Positions 1 through 12,734 of a stretch of 64,000 bases of DNA are shown here, in pieces. Below the pieces are notes generated by a model. It made no database searches and was not told where the DNA came from. It worked only from the letters and a program-made list of their open reading frames with translations. Both the position numbers and the translations under genes were made by a program. The number at the start of each line of letters is the position of its first letter. Position 1 is the stretch's first letter. Origin of the DNA: Planctomycetota bacterium (GTDB lineage Bacteria; Planctomycetota; UBA1135; UBA2386); NCBI GenBank assembly GCA_046290465.1, contig JBKAGP010000001.1, positions 2,528,001 through 2,592,000 on the forward strand. Reading direction: 5' to 3'.

Positions 1-822
1 CCGCGCGGTCGCTGGCAACGGCAGCGGCTCCTGCCCCGCCTGCTGCGCGAGCTGCGCGCCGACCTGCTGCACAGCTCGGTCGCCGCGGTGCCGCTGCGCG
101 CGCCGTGTCCGACGATCGCGACCGTGCACGACCTGCCGTGGCTGCACCCAGAGGCCGACGAACGCACCACGTGGTGGCGCCGGTTCGCGACCGTGCGTTC
201 GCTGCGCGCCGCCGCCCGCGTGCTGGCGCCCTCGACGATGACGATGCGCGACGCACAGCAGCTGGTCGGCGACCGCGGCCCCGCGGTCGAGCTGGTGCCG
301 CACGGCACCCACCTGCCGACCACGCCGCCGCCGACCGAACACGAACGGCGCGGACCGTTCGTCGTGCTCGGCGACGACCGGCCGCGCAAGAACCGCGCGC
401 GCGTCGCCGCGGCCCACCGCCTGCTCGCCGGCCTCGGCGTGCCGACCCCGGGGCTGCGCTTCGTCGGCCCGCCGGACGACTACGTCACCGAAGCCGACAA
501 GCAGCAGCTGCTGCGCAGCTGCCGCGCGGTCGTGCACGCGGCGCGCTTCGAGGGCTTCGGCCTGCCGGTGCTCGAGGCGCTGGCGCACGGCGCGCCGCTG
601 GTCTGCTCCGACCTGCCGCCGCTGCGCGAGATCGCCGGCGACGTCGCACACTACGTCGACCCCGACGACCCCGGCTCGATCACCGAAGGCCTGGCGACCG
701 TGCACGGCGACCATGCGCTGCGCGCGCGGCAGGTCGAGGCGGGCCCGCGCCGCGCCTCGCTGTTCCGACCGGAGCGCACCGCCGAACACTGGCGGCGCAT
801 CCACGCGGAGGTGCTCGGGTGA
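1..822 (+). CDS. Glycosyltransferase family 4 (GT-B), 5'-truncated by the window edge
   Basis: Frame is open from base 1 (PRGRWQRQRLLP...). TVHDLPW, PRKN and the GT4 motif FEGFGLPVLEALAHG...SDLPPLREI are present. Confidence 0.85.
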   Translation, partial: PRGRWQRQRLLPRLLRELRADLLHSSVAAVPLRAPCPTIATVHDLPWLHPEADERTTWWRRFATVRSLRAAARVLAPSTMTMRDAQQLVGDRGPAVELVPHGTHLPTTPPPTEHERRGPFVVLGDDRPRKNRARVAAAHRLLAGLGVPTPGLRFVGPPDDYVTEADKQQLLRSCRAVVHAARFEGFGLPVLEALAHGAPLVCSDLPPLREIAGDVAHYVDPDDPGSITEGLATVHGDHALRARQVEAGPRRASLFRPERTAEHWRRIHAEVLG

Positions 823-1892
823 GCATGCACGTGGTCGTCGCGGGCTGGCTGCTCGGCCCCCACTCCGGCGCCAACCGCCGGCTGCTCGGGTTGCTGGGCG
901 CGGCCCACGAGTGGCTCGCCGACGACGAGCGCATCACGGTGCTGCACGGCCCGGACTTCGCGCCGCCGGCCGACCTGCGGCGCATCGACTGGCGCGCGGT
1001 CGCGATCCCGGCCGGTCCGACGGTCCGGCGTGCGCTGGTCGAGCAGCACACGCTGCGGCGGCTGCTACCCGAACTCTCGGCGAGCGTCTACGACCACGGC
1101 TTCCTGCCGCCGCCGCGCGTCGGCCCGCCGCTGTGCCTGACGATCCACGACGTGCGCCACGCCGACGGCTACGGCCGCTGGCCGCGCCTGCTGGCGCGCT
1201 CCGTGCTGCGCAAGGCGCTGCGCCGCACCGCCGGCGTGATCGCGGTCAGCGACTGGACGGCGTCCCGGCTGCGCGAACTGGTGCCGGGCTGCGAACCGAT
1301 CGTCGTCCCCAACGGCGTCGACGAACGCGCGCCGGGCGAACCTCCGGCCGACGTCCCTGAAAACGGCTACGTGCTGCACGTCGGCCACCTCGAGCCGCGC
1401 AAGAACCTGGCGGTGGTCGTGCGTGCGCTGGCATGCATCGAGGCGCAGCGGCGACCGGAGCTGTGGCTGGTCGGCCACGACGCCGGCGAATGGCCGCGGC
1501 TGCGGGCGCTCGCCCGACGCCTCGGGGTGCACGAGCACGTCCGCCACCTCGGCGTGCTGCCCGACGAACGGCTGCCGGCGTGCTACGCCGCGGCGCGCCT
1601 GGTCGTGATGCCATCGCGCTACGAAGGCTTCGGCATGCCGGTGCTCGAGGCGCGCGTGCAGGGCACGCGGGTCGCGGTCGCCGATGCCGGTGCGCTGCCG
1701 GAGGTCGTCGGCGACGGCGCGCTGCTGCCGGCGGACGATGTCGCGGCGTGGGCCGAGGTGATCGCGGACGAGCACCGCGACGGGCCGGAGCTGGTCGAGC
1801 TGCGCGCGGCGACGGCCGCGGCGCACGGCTGGTCGGTGGCGTCGTGCCAGTGGCTCGACGCGCTGCGCCAGCTCAATTCATCGCGTTCATGA
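819..1892 (+). CDS. Glycosyltransferase family 4
   Basis: GTG 819 overlaps the upstream stop (alternative ATG 825). TIHD, VVPNG-like IVVPNGV, HVGHLEPRKN and PSRYEGFGMPVLEA are present. Confidence 0.85.
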   Translation: MSMHVVVAGWLLGPHSGANRRLLGLLGAAHEWLADDERITVLHGPDFAPPADLRRIDWRAVAIPAGPTVRRALVEQHTLRRLLPELSASVYDHGFLPPPRVGPPLCLTIHDVRHADGYGRWPRLLARSVLRKALRRTAGVIAVSDWTASRLRELVPGCEPIVVPNGVDERAPGEPPADVPENGYVLHVGHLEPRKNLAVVVRALACIEAQRRPELWLVGHDAGEWPRLRALARRLGVHEHVRHLGVLPDERLPACYAAARLVVMPSRYEGFGMPVLEARVQGTRVAVADAGALPEVVGDGALLPADDVAAWAEVIADEHRDGPELVELRAATAAAHGWSVASCQWLDALRQLNSSRS

Positions 1893-2691
1893 TCGCGTAG
1901 ACGACGCCACCGCCGACGGCGATCACCAGCAGCACGATCAACAGCCGCTTGCCGCCGGACATCTGGTTGAGGTCGTCACCGAGCACGCCGCCGCCGCCCT
2001 GCTTCTTGGAGTACTGCAGGATCCGGCCCGAGGCCGGCTGCACGTCGTCGCCGCCGGTCCGCTTGCCGGCCGCCGCCCCCTTCTGCGGCTCGCGCGGCGC
2101 CGAACGGACCTCGACGACCGGATCGTCGCGACGCGGCGGCGGCGGCGCCTTCTGCACCTCGACGACCTCGTCCTCGAACTCGACGACGTCGCCGGCGGGT
2201 GGCGCCGGGGCCGGCGCAGGTGCCGGCGCAGGCGCAGGCTCGTCCCCGAGCAGGTCGTCGTCGTCGCCGAGCAGGTCGTCCCCGTCGTCCATCGCCGGGG
2301 CGGGCGCGGGTGCGGGCGGCGGCGCGGCGGCGAGGTCGTCCCCGCCCAGCAGGTCGTCGCCGTCGTCGAACGGATCCGCCGCGGCCGGCGTCGCCGCCTT
2401 CGAACGTCCCGGCAGCTGCCCCTCGCGGTAGACGATCACCGTCTTGCCGATCTCGATGCGGTCGCCGTCGCGCAGCATGCGGCGGTCGACCGGCTTGCCG
2501 TTGAGCAGCGTGCCGTTGCTCGAGTCCATGTCCTCGATCTCGACGACGCCGGCCTCGGCGATCAACCGCGCGTGGCGTCGCGACGCCTTGTTGTCCGCGA
2601 CCACGACGTCGCACGCGGCGACGCGGCCGAGCACCAGCCCGTCGCGCACACCGACCAGCGCGCCGTCCGACAGTTCGAGGTAGCCGCTCAC
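1873..2691 (-). CDS. FHA-domain protein with acidic/Pro-rich linker and C-terminal membrane anchor
   Basis: FHA motifs LGR...ASRRHA...DMDSSNGT. GGAGG lies upstream of GTG 2691. C-terminal hydrophobic segment LLIVLLVIAVGGGVVYAIM. Confidence 0.85.
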   Translation of the reverse strand: MSGYLELSDGALVGVRDGLVLGRVAACDVVVADNKASRRHARLIAEAGVVEIEDMDSSNGTLLNGKPVDRRMLRDGDRIEIGKTVIVYREGQLPGRSKAATPAAADPFDDGDDLLGGDDLAAAPPPAPAPAPAMDDGDDLLGDDDDLLGDEPAPAPAPAPAPAPPAGDVVEFEDEVVEVQKAPPPPRRDDPVVEVRSAPREPQKGAAAGKRTGGDDVQPASGRILQYSKKQGGGGVLGDDLNQMSGGKRLLIVLLVIAVGGGVVYAIMNAMN

Positions 2692-2760
2692 CGACGCGAC
2701 CTCCGGCTCCGACCCGCACTCCAGGGAAACTGCATGCCGACCTGTATACCATCGCGGCTC

Positions 2761-3617
<857 letters not shown>

Positions 3618-3621
<4 letters not shown>

Positions 3622-4553
3622 GGTCCTGGCGCGGCCCGTTGGGCGTGACGGTGCGCCAGTGCCTGCGCGTCGTCACAATGCCGACGCTGCTGGCGACGCT
3701 CGCGGCGGTGGTCGCGCACGCCTGGGCCGAGCCCGAGCTGGTCGACGGCGCGACCGCGACCGCCGCCGCGACGCCGTGGCTGACGCTGCCGCTGTTCGTC
3801 GCGGCGGTCGGCTGCAGCCTGGCCGCCGCCCAGGCCTGGCCGACGTTCACGCAGCGCCGCGACGGCGCCGACACCGTGCGTCGGATCGCGCGCGGCCCGT
3901 TCGGCGGCCGCGGCGCGGTCATCGCCGGCGCACTCGTCGCGCAGCTGCTGCTCAGCCTGCCGCTGGCGGTCGCGCTGACGGCGTGGTTCGAGGCGCCGGT
4001 CGACGCGCGGCGGCACCGCCCGGCCGACGTGCCGTCGATGCCGATCCTCGAAGAGCCGGGCCAGTCGCTGGCATTCGAGCTGCGGCCGCCGATGCGGGCC
4101 GGGCAGATCTTGCTGCGGCCGCGCGCGTCGCTCCCGACCGGCCCCGACCCGACCTTGCTCGAGCTGACCAGCAGCGGCGAACGGCTGCACGACACGCCGA
4201 TCGCGTTCGACGAGTCGCTCGAACTGGTGCGGGTCCCCCTCGACGGCCGGCAGCTCAAGACCTTCGAGCTGACCTGCACCGCCGGTCACGTGCCGCTGCT
4301 GTTCGCCGCCGGCAGCGTCGTGTTGGTCGACGCCGAGCCGCTGCCGCGCTGGGGCAACGCCGTGCTGCTCGGGCTGCTGGCCGCCGGCACGTCGCTGCTG
4401 ACCCTGCTGCTGGCGGCGCTGATCGGTGCGGGGTCGGGCTGGCCGACGGTCGCCAGCGCGATCGGCGCGACCCAGTTCGTGCTGTGGATCGGCGGCGTCG
4501 GACCGATCGACGACGCGATCCTGGCGGTTCTGCGCGGCCAGTGGTTGTGGTGA
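3618..4553 (+). CDS. Multi-pass membrane protein, probable ABC permease-like subunit with a soluble beta-rich insertion
   Basis: Overlaps the ATPase stop. Several hydrophobic helices flank a soluble central region. Start is uncertain (TTG 3618, GTG 3645 or ATG 3678). Confidence 0.55.
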
Positions 4554-4646
4554 CAGTGGTGGTTGCGTCACCGCTGGGCTAGGGTTTTTCCGGCCGCGGC
4601 CGCCGCTCCTCACGCGAGGGCCGACCGCATGGCGATAGCTGTATCG

Positions 4647-5414
4647 ATGCCTTTCCTGCGCGCGACCTGCACCCTGAGCCTGTTCGGCGCCGCCCTGGCG
4701 ATGCTGCCGCCGACGGGCGAACGCCTGCGCGAGTGCGCCAGCTGGTTCTCGCGACCGGCGCGGCTGCCGTTCGCGTGGCAGGCGCTGCAGACCGCGCAGC
4801 GCAGCGGCGACGGCGCCGAGGCGTTTGCGCGCGGCCAGCAGATCCTCGACCTGGTGCCGAGCTGGACCATCGGACACTCGGGGATCGCCTACCGCTACGT
4901 GCTGACCCAGGACGACCGCGGCACCGCGGCCGAGGACGCCGAGCAGGCCCGCCGTCGGCTGGCGGTGGCGCTGGCCTGGCTCGACGGCGCGCGCACACAC
5001 GCCGGCCACCGCGAACCCGAACTGCTGCTCGCCGCGGCGTTCCTGCCGCGCATGGCGTGCCGGCAGTTCCCAGGGCTCGAACAACTGCTGCCGCCGGGCG
5101 GCGCCGCCCGCATCACCGACCGCTACTTCGCCGAGATCGAGCGGCGTTTCCCGGGCCCCGAGGCGCACGAGCAGCGCACGTTCCTGGCGCCGACGCTGGC
5201 GGCCGCGCTGCTGGAGGCCGGCCAGCGGCAGGCCGCGATCACGGTGCTGCGCGACGCGATCGAGCGGTCCCGCGAAATACGCGACCGGCAACTGGCCACC
5301 GAATGGTCCGCCCGGATCCTCGAAGCGGCGCGCCGGCTGGCCGGCGAGCCGGTCGACCTCGAGCCGGTGTTCGCGGACCCCCGCCTCGAGCCGCTGTGGC
5401 CGTATCTCCGCTGA
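4647..5414 (+). CDS. Hypothetical helical protein with N-terminal hydrophobic segment
   Basis: Coding-like codon usage, co-oriented with the ABC genes, stops 13 bp before the dedA-like gene. Start is uncertain (4629 or 4647). Confidence 0.55.
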   Translation: MPFLRATCTLSLFGAALAMLPPTGERLRECASWFSRPARLPFAWQALQTAQRSGDGAEAFARGQQILDLVPSWTIGHSGIAYRYVLTQDDRGTAAEDAEQARRRLAVALAWLDGARTHAGHREPELLLAAAFLPRMACRQFPGLEQLLPPGGAARITDRYFAEIERRFPGPEAHEQRTFLAPTLAAALLEAGQRQAAITVLRDAIERSREIRDRQLATEWSARILEAARRLAGEPVDLEPVFADPRLEPLWPYLR

Positions 5415-5427
5415 CGCACGCGACCTG

Positions 5428-6300
5428 ATGGACATCGACGCGATCATCCAGACGATCACGGACTACCCGTATATCGGGGCAGCCGCCGTGTTCCTGCTGT
5501 GTGGTCTCGGCCTGCCGATCCCCGAGGAGATCGTGCTGCTGGCGTCGGGGTTCGTCTGCGCCAAGTTCCCCGACAAGGCGCAGCTGCTGCCGATGATGGG
5601 CTGGTGCGCGACGGCCATCATGGTCGGCGACATGATCCCGTTCCTGCTGGGGCGGATCTTCGGCGTGCGCCTGCTCAAGCTGCGCTGGCTGCGCTACTTC
5701 ATCACCAAGCAGCGGCTGGCGACGTTCGACCACTGGTTCCGCCGCCGCGGCGACCTGGTGATCGTGATCTCGCGCTTCATGCCCGGCCTGCGGGTGGTCG
5801 CGTTCTTCACCGCCGGCGCGATGAAGATGCGGATGACGCGGTTCCTGTTCCTCGACGGGCTCGGGATCGTGCTGATGGTGCCGTTGATGACCTGGATCGG
5901 CTTCCGCAGCGCCGGGTTCATCGAGGAGGCGTTCCAGACCGTGCAGAAGGTCGAGCGCGGCCTGCTGTGGGGCGGCATCGGCCTGGCCCTGGTGTTGGCC
6001 GCGTGGATCTGGTGGTGGCGGCGCCGCCGCGGCCAGCGTCAGCAGAAGGCCCTGAAGGAGGCGTTCGTGCAGCCGCGCAAGCCGGTGCAGGGGCCGCCGA
6101 CCTTCCCGGGCGGGCCGCTGCCGGACGAACTGCACGCTCCGGACGATCAGGAGCAGGCCGACCAGGAGTTGGCCGAGACCATCGAACTGCCGCCGCTGGA
6201 CCCGCCCGAGGCGCCCGCCACCGAGGCGGAATCCCCCGAGCCGACGGCCGACGACGACGGCGCTGGCACCGACGATTCGGCGCCCCCGGCCAAACCGTAG
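5428..6300 (+). CDS. DedA family membrane protein with acidic Pro-rich C-tail
   Basis: GLGLPIPEEIVLLASG, GD..PF.LGR and SRFMPGLR...FTAGA DedA motifs. Confidence 0.9.
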   Translation: MDIDAIIQTITDYPYIGAAAVFLLCGLGLPIPEEIVLLASGFVCAKFPDKAQLLPMMGWCATAIMVGDMIPFLLGRIFGVRLLKLRWLRYFITKQRLATFDHWFRRRGDLVIVISRFMPGLRVVAFFTAGAMKMRMTRFLFLDGLGIVLMVPLMTWIGFRSAGFIEEAFQTVQKVERGLLWGGIGLALVLAAWIWWWRRRRGQRQQKALKEAFVQPRKPVQGPPTFPGGPLPDELHAPDDQEQADQELAETIELPPLDPPEAPATEAESPEPTADDDGAGTDDSAPPAKP

Positions 6301-6398
6301 TTCCGCCCGGCCATCCCCGCGCTTGTTTCGGGGTAGCCACAGCCGCTATCGTGCTGGCCCCTTTTCGCGCCGGCTACAGCTCCGCCGGCGGCCATGAC

Positions 6399-8522
<2,124 letters not shown>

Positions 8523-8523
8523 G

Positions 8524-8548
8524 AGCGCGTCCATGTAGTGGACGCGCT
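8524..8548. other. Perfect 10-bp hairpin immediately after the hppA stop (possible terminator or element-end remnant)
   Basis: AGCGCGTCCA-TGTAG-TGGACGCGCT. No U-tract follows. Confidence 0.6.
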
Positions 8549-8606
8549 GCCGACCGTGATCGCGAAAGCGGCGTGTACGCGTGCGGACGGGGCTTTGCCC
8601 GCTAGC
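8544..8606 (+). repeat. 63-bp dispersed intergenic repeat, copy 1
   Basis: Matches the reverse complement of 38594-38656 at 61/63 positions by manual comparison. Confidence 0.9.
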
Positions 8607-8905
8607 CCGCGGCGCGCGCCCCAAAGGCGCCAGAGCCGTCGGATCGCCCCCCCGGTCCGCAAGATCTGCTCCCGGAACCGATCAGGCGGACCATTGCCGG
8701 CGACCGTGAATGGTCCGTGAATGCGGGCCGGCGGCGCCCAAAGCCCGGCGAGAAGGGGTAAAAACGGGGCCACTCGACCTTGCTCCGCAACGGTCAGGGC
8801 CCGGGCGCGGGGGCCAAATGCGGAGCGGGGGTTACCAGCCTCTGCCGCGCAGGTATCCTTCACGGAGTCGTTGTGCATCCATCCCCAAGCTCCGAGACCC
8901 GAGAG

Positions 8906-9451
8906 TTGAGTTCCAAAGCATCCGAGAGTTCGCAGAGAACCTCCCCCCAGCCTGGCGCAGCACCTGACCAGGACACCCGCGAGATGGCGCTGAAGCTCGC
9001 CGAGCGCCTCGACGAGAAGCAGGCCACCGACATCAAGATCCTCGATGTCTCCGGCCCCCTCGTGATCGCCGACTACTTCGTCGTGGCCACCGTGCAGAGC
9101 ACGCGCCAGGCGCAGTCCCTCGCCAAGGAGCTCGACATGGCTCACAAGGCGATGCGCGGTCGACGCAAGCGCAACGGCGGCAGCGAAGGGGAGGAGAGCA
9201 ACTGGGTGTTGCTCGACTTCAACGACATCGTCGTGCACCTGTTCCTGCCCGAGGCTCGCGACTACTACGGGCTCGAGAGCCTGTGGGCCGACGTGCCGCG
9301 CCTGGACTTCACGCCGACGGCGAAGCCCGACGACGCGACCGCCGGCGCCGAGGTGCGCCAGCCGACGCTCGACGGCTTCGGCGCCTTCCAGCCGCTCGAA
9401 CCCGACGCGGCCGATCCGTCGGGCGACGGCGACGACGAGCTGCCGGAGTAG
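8906..9451 (+). CDS. rsfS: Ribosome silencing factor RsfS (Iojap) with acidic C-terminal extension
   Basis: EKQATDIKILDV, IADYFVVAT, WVLLDFNDIVVHLF and RDYYGLESLWAD. Start is TTG 8906 or ATG 8984. Confidence 0.9.
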   Translation: MSSKASESSQRTSPQPGAAPDQDTREMALKLAERLDEKQATDIKILDVSGPLVIADYFVVATVQSTRQAQSLAKELDMAHKAMRGRRKRNGGSEGEESNWVLLDFNDIVVHLFLPEARDYYGLESLWADVPRLDFTPTAKPDDATAGAEVRQPTLDGFGAFQPLEPDAADPSGDGDDELPE

Positions 9452-9501
9452 CGAAGCTTCCCGAACGTATCGGCGCACGAGCCGATACGATGAAGCAGCG
9501 C

Positions 9502-11256
9502 ATGACGGACCCCGTGCAATGGCAACACTTCGAGCCGGCGACGCTGGCTCGGGCGGCGAAGGAGGACAAGCTCGTCCTGATGGTCATCACGGCTCCGTGG
9601 TGCCAGTACAGCCGCGAACTGATGGCGACCAGCTTCGCCGATCCCGAGATCGTCGCCGCGGTGCACGAGGGCTTCGTGCCCGTGCACATCGACAGCGAAC
9701 GGCGGCCGGACGTCAACCAACGCTTCGGCACCGGCGCCTGGCCGACGATCGCCTGGCTGACGCCCGACGGCGAGCTGATCGCGCAGGACAACTTCCTCGA
9801 CGCGGCCGAACTGCACGTGCGCATCGACCGCATCCGCGAGGCGTGGCGCACCGACAAGCACAACATCCAGCGGCGCATCGGGGAGCTGTGGTCGCAGCTC
9901 GACGAGCGCAACTCGCAGAGCGGTGACAAGCTGCGCCGCGAGATGGTCGACGACATCACCGCGGCCATCTACGAGAAGTTCGACCGCAAGCACGGCGGGC
10001 TCGGCGACGGCATCAAGTTCCCCCACCCCGAAGCGCTCGACTTCGCGCTGGTGCAGGTGCAGAAGCGCAACGACGAGCGCATGCGCGAGGTCGTCACGCT
10101 GACCCTCGATCGCATGATGGAGAGCCCGCTGCACGACCACGTCGAGGGCGGGTTCTTCCGGTTCTCGCAGACGCCGGACTGGCACAGCCCCAACTACGAG
10201 AAGCTGCTGGACCAGAACGCGCTGGTGCTGCGCACCTACCTCGAGGCCTACCAGGTGTTCGGCACCGAGGCCTACCGCAAGACCGCCGAGGGCATCGTGC
10301 GCTGGATGCTCGACGTGATGCGCGACGAGCACGCCGGCAGCTTCGCCGGCAGCCAGGACGGCGAGGCCGACTACTTCACCGGTGATACCGAGCAGCGCAG
10401 CAAGCGCCAGCCGCCGGCGATCGATCGCACCGTCTACTGCCACGCCAACGCGCTCGCGGCGTCGAGCCTGTTCAAGGCAGCCGCCGTGCTCGAGCGCCCG
10501 GAGTGGCGCAGCGCGGGCCAGGCCGCGGTGCAGTTCTTGCTCGACAACCTGTTCGATGGCCGCGACGTCTACCACTACTGGGACGGCACCTACCACCTGC
10601 CGGGCATGCTCTACGACCAGGCGCTGCTGATCCGCGCGCTGATCGACGCCGCCCAGAACACCGGCGACTCGGACCTGCTGGTGCCGGCCGAGAAGGTCGC
10701 CGAACGCACCATCGAACAGAACAAGGCGCCGAACGGCGGCTTCTTCGACATCCTGCTGGACCCGCAGAGCCAGGGTTCGATGAAGCGCCGCAACCGCTCG
10801 ATCCTCGACAACGGCGCGATGGCCGAGTCGCTGGTGCGGCTGTCGTACCTGGCTCGCCGCCCCGAGCTGTACGACGAGGCGAAGGTCGCGCTCGAAGCGT
10901 TCACCAACGACTACCGCGAGTACGGCTACTACGTCGCCGGCTACGGCCGCGCGGTCGACCTGTGCTTCTACGAGCCGCTGTTCATCACGATCGTCGGCGA
11001 CCGCGAGTCGTCGGCCGCGGTCGAGCTGCGGCGCACGGCGCTGTCGACCTACGTGCCGTCACGCATCGTGCAGACGCTCGACCCGCAGCGTGACCCGATC
11101 CTGCTGGGGCGCAGCGGCCTCTCGGTGCAGGACGGTCCGATCGCGCACCTGACCGTCGGCACCAAGGCGCAGGGAACGGCCCACACGCCGGACGAGTTGC
11201 TGCAGGCGATCGAGTCCGTCGAGCGGGATCGACGGCAGTCGCTGCGCGGCGACTAG
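9502..11256 (+). CDS. Thioredoxin-domain protein of YyaL/SSP411 (DUF255) type
   Basis: APWCQYS, DSERRPDV, GAWPT, LHDHVEGGFFRFS, PNYEKLLDQNA and a helical C-terminal domain. Confidence 0.85.
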   Translation: MTDPVQWQHFEPATLARAAKEDKLVLMVITAPWCQYSRELMATSFADPEIVAAVHEGFVPVHIDSERRPDVNQRFGTGAWPTIAWLTPDGELIAQDNFLDAAELHVRIDRIREAWRTDKHNIQRRIGELWSQLDERNSQSGDKLRREMVDDITAAIYEKFDRKHGGLGDGIKFPHPEALDFALVQVQKRNDERMREVVTLTLDRMMESPLHDHVEGGFFRFSQTPDWHSPNYEKLLDQNALVLRTYLEAYQVFGTEAYRKTAEGIVRWMLDVMRDEHAGSFAGSQDGEADYFTGDTEQRSKRQPPAIDRTVYCHANALAASSLFKAAAVLERPEWRSAGQAAVQFLLDNLFDGRDVYHYWDGTYHLPGMLYDQALLIRALIDAAQNTGDSDLLVPAEKVAERTIEQNKAPNGGFFDILLDPQSQGSMKRRNRSILDNGAMAESLVRLSYLARRPELYDEAKVALEAFTNDYREYGYYVAGYGRAVDLCFYEPLFITIVGDRESSAAVELRRTALSTYVPSRIVQTLDPQRDPILLGRSGLSVQDGPIAHLTVGTKAQGTAHTPDELLQAIESVERDRRQSLRGD

Positions 11257-11304
11257 CCAGCCATCCAGCCATCCAGCGCAGGCATGCGCCAGGTGTGGAC
11301 GCGG

Positions 11305-11529
11305 CTACAGCGCGCCCATCGTCGGATCGACCTGGTCCTCGTCGGGCACCAGCTCGATGAGACCGCGCTTCAGCTCCTCGCTGGCGATCTTGATGTAGTT
11401 GCGCTCACGCGTCTCGAACAGCGGGCGCTGGCCACGAACGAGTTCGCGGACGCGCTTCTGCAGCAGCGCGGTCAGGCGGAACGAGCCGCCGACCTGCTTC
11501 ACCAGCTCCTGGGGGAGGGTTTGATCCAT
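11305..11529 (-). CDS. rpoZ: RNA polymerase omega subunit
   Basis: 74 aa; VGGSFRLTALLQKRVREL..G.RPL and KIA.EEL omega-type pattern. Confidence 0.75.
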   Translation of the reverse strand: MDQTLPQELVKQVGGSFRLTALLQKRVRELVRGQRPLFETRERNYIKIASEELKRGLIELVPDEDQVDPTMGAL

Positions 11530-11681
11530 ATGGGGTGTTGGGTTCTCGGGCCGAGAAGGGCGAAGAATCCTACGGTTCGCCCGAAGCCGGATCAACTGCC
11601 GGAGCGGCCGGGGGGCCAGGAACGGCCCGACCCGACCCGGTGGCGAACCCCGCGGCGCCGGTCGCAGGCCGCCGCCCCGGC

Positions 11682-12734
11682 CTACAGGTCGCGCGCGTCG
11701 ACCGTCAGCTGCATGTCGGCCCAGGCGAACCGGCCGGTCCGCTGGGTGCTCGAGATGACCATGTGAAGGTGCACCTGGCGCGCCGAACTCGGCCCCACCA
11801 CCTGGATCTCGAACCCGTGCGGGAAGCCCTCGTCGGTCGTGTCCTCGAGGCCGTAGGCCCCCACCCCGAAGCTATCCTGCGCGTAGATGCTCGCGATCGA
11901 GTGGTGACGGTAGCTCAGCATGCCGGTCGGCTCGTCCTCGGTCAGCAGCACCTCCCACGGGTTGGGCCGCGGCAACAGCGGCGTCACCGTCAGGCTGCCG
12001 TCGACCGAATCGACCTGGCGGAAGGTGCCCGAGACGCTCGGCAGCTCGCCACGCAGCCAGACGACCTCGGCCGGCGAATGCGTGTCGCCGTTGTCGTCCG
12101 GGGTCGCGTTGAGCAGGTGCAGCAGCACCTCGGCCTGGTCGTCGGCGTCGGTGATCCGGTCGATGCCGGCGCCGTCGATCAGCGGCTCGGTCTCGACCCG
12201 CACGATGTTCAGGCCGATCGGATGGCTTGGGTCCGGGCCGCCGTCCTCCTCGGTCAGGTAGTAGTAGACCCAGCGGTAGACGTCGACGAGGTACTCGTTG
12301 CCGCTGGTGCAGGTGAAGCGGTCGCTCCACACCAGCTTGGTGAAGAACAGCGAGTTGCCGGTGATCTCGCTGCCGGACGTGTCCGGGCGGATCGTCTCGC
12401 TGGTCGAGACCGTCGGCAGCCGGCTGGTGCCGAGCACCGGCGGCGCGTTCGACAGGTCGAGCACCGCCAGGTTGGCGTTGCCCTCGGTGTCGTTGCTGAA
12501 CAGGCGCACCGACGAAACCAGCTCCAGGCGAAGGTCGTCGACGACCTCCTGGGTGATCTCGGTGCAGCGCGTCAGACGACGCGCGTACTCCTGTGCCTGG
12601 CCGCCGCTGACGGACAGCGTCGCCACGGCAAAGATCATCATCGCCAGCAGCGCCGACGAGATGACCAGTTCGATCATGCTGTAGCCGGACTCGCGCCGGC
12701 TACCGAGGTCGTGGGTCGACATGGTCGTGCTCAT
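11682..12734 (-). CDS. Prepilin-type N-terminal cleavage/methylation domain protein (~350 aa)
   Basis: RRESG|YSMIELVISSALLAMMIFAV class III signal with E5. ATGA overlap with the upstream gene. Confidence 0.8.
   Translation of the reverse strand: MSTTMSTHDLGSRRESGYSMIELVISSALLAMMIFAVATLSVSGGQAQEYARRLTRCTEITQEVVDDLRLELVSSVRLFSNDTEGNANLAVLDLSNAPPVLGTSRLPTVSTSETIRPDTSGSEITGNSLFFTKLVWSDRFTCTSGNEYLVDVYRWVYYYLTEEDGGPDPSHPIGLNIVRVETEPLIDGAGIDRITDADDQAEVLLHLLNATPDDNGDTHSPAEVVWLRGELPSVSGTFRQVDSVDGSLTVTPLLPRPNPWEVLLTEDEPTGMLSYRHHSIASIYAQDSFGVGAYGLEDTTDEGFPHGFEIQVVGPSSARQVHLHMVISSTQRTGRFAWADMQLTVDARDL

Noticed and set aside
1..1892. Tandem GT4 genes as a novel glycosylation locus
   Set aside because: Ordinary GT4 pair. 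The locus is truncated at the window edge and nothing distinctive is visible.
8544..8606. Resemblance of the repeat (CCGT...GAAA...TACG) to group II intron domain V or to a tRNA
   Set aside because: The pairing and the AGC triad/bulge do not fit domain V, there is no domain VI or RT gene, and there is no cloverleaf or T-loop.
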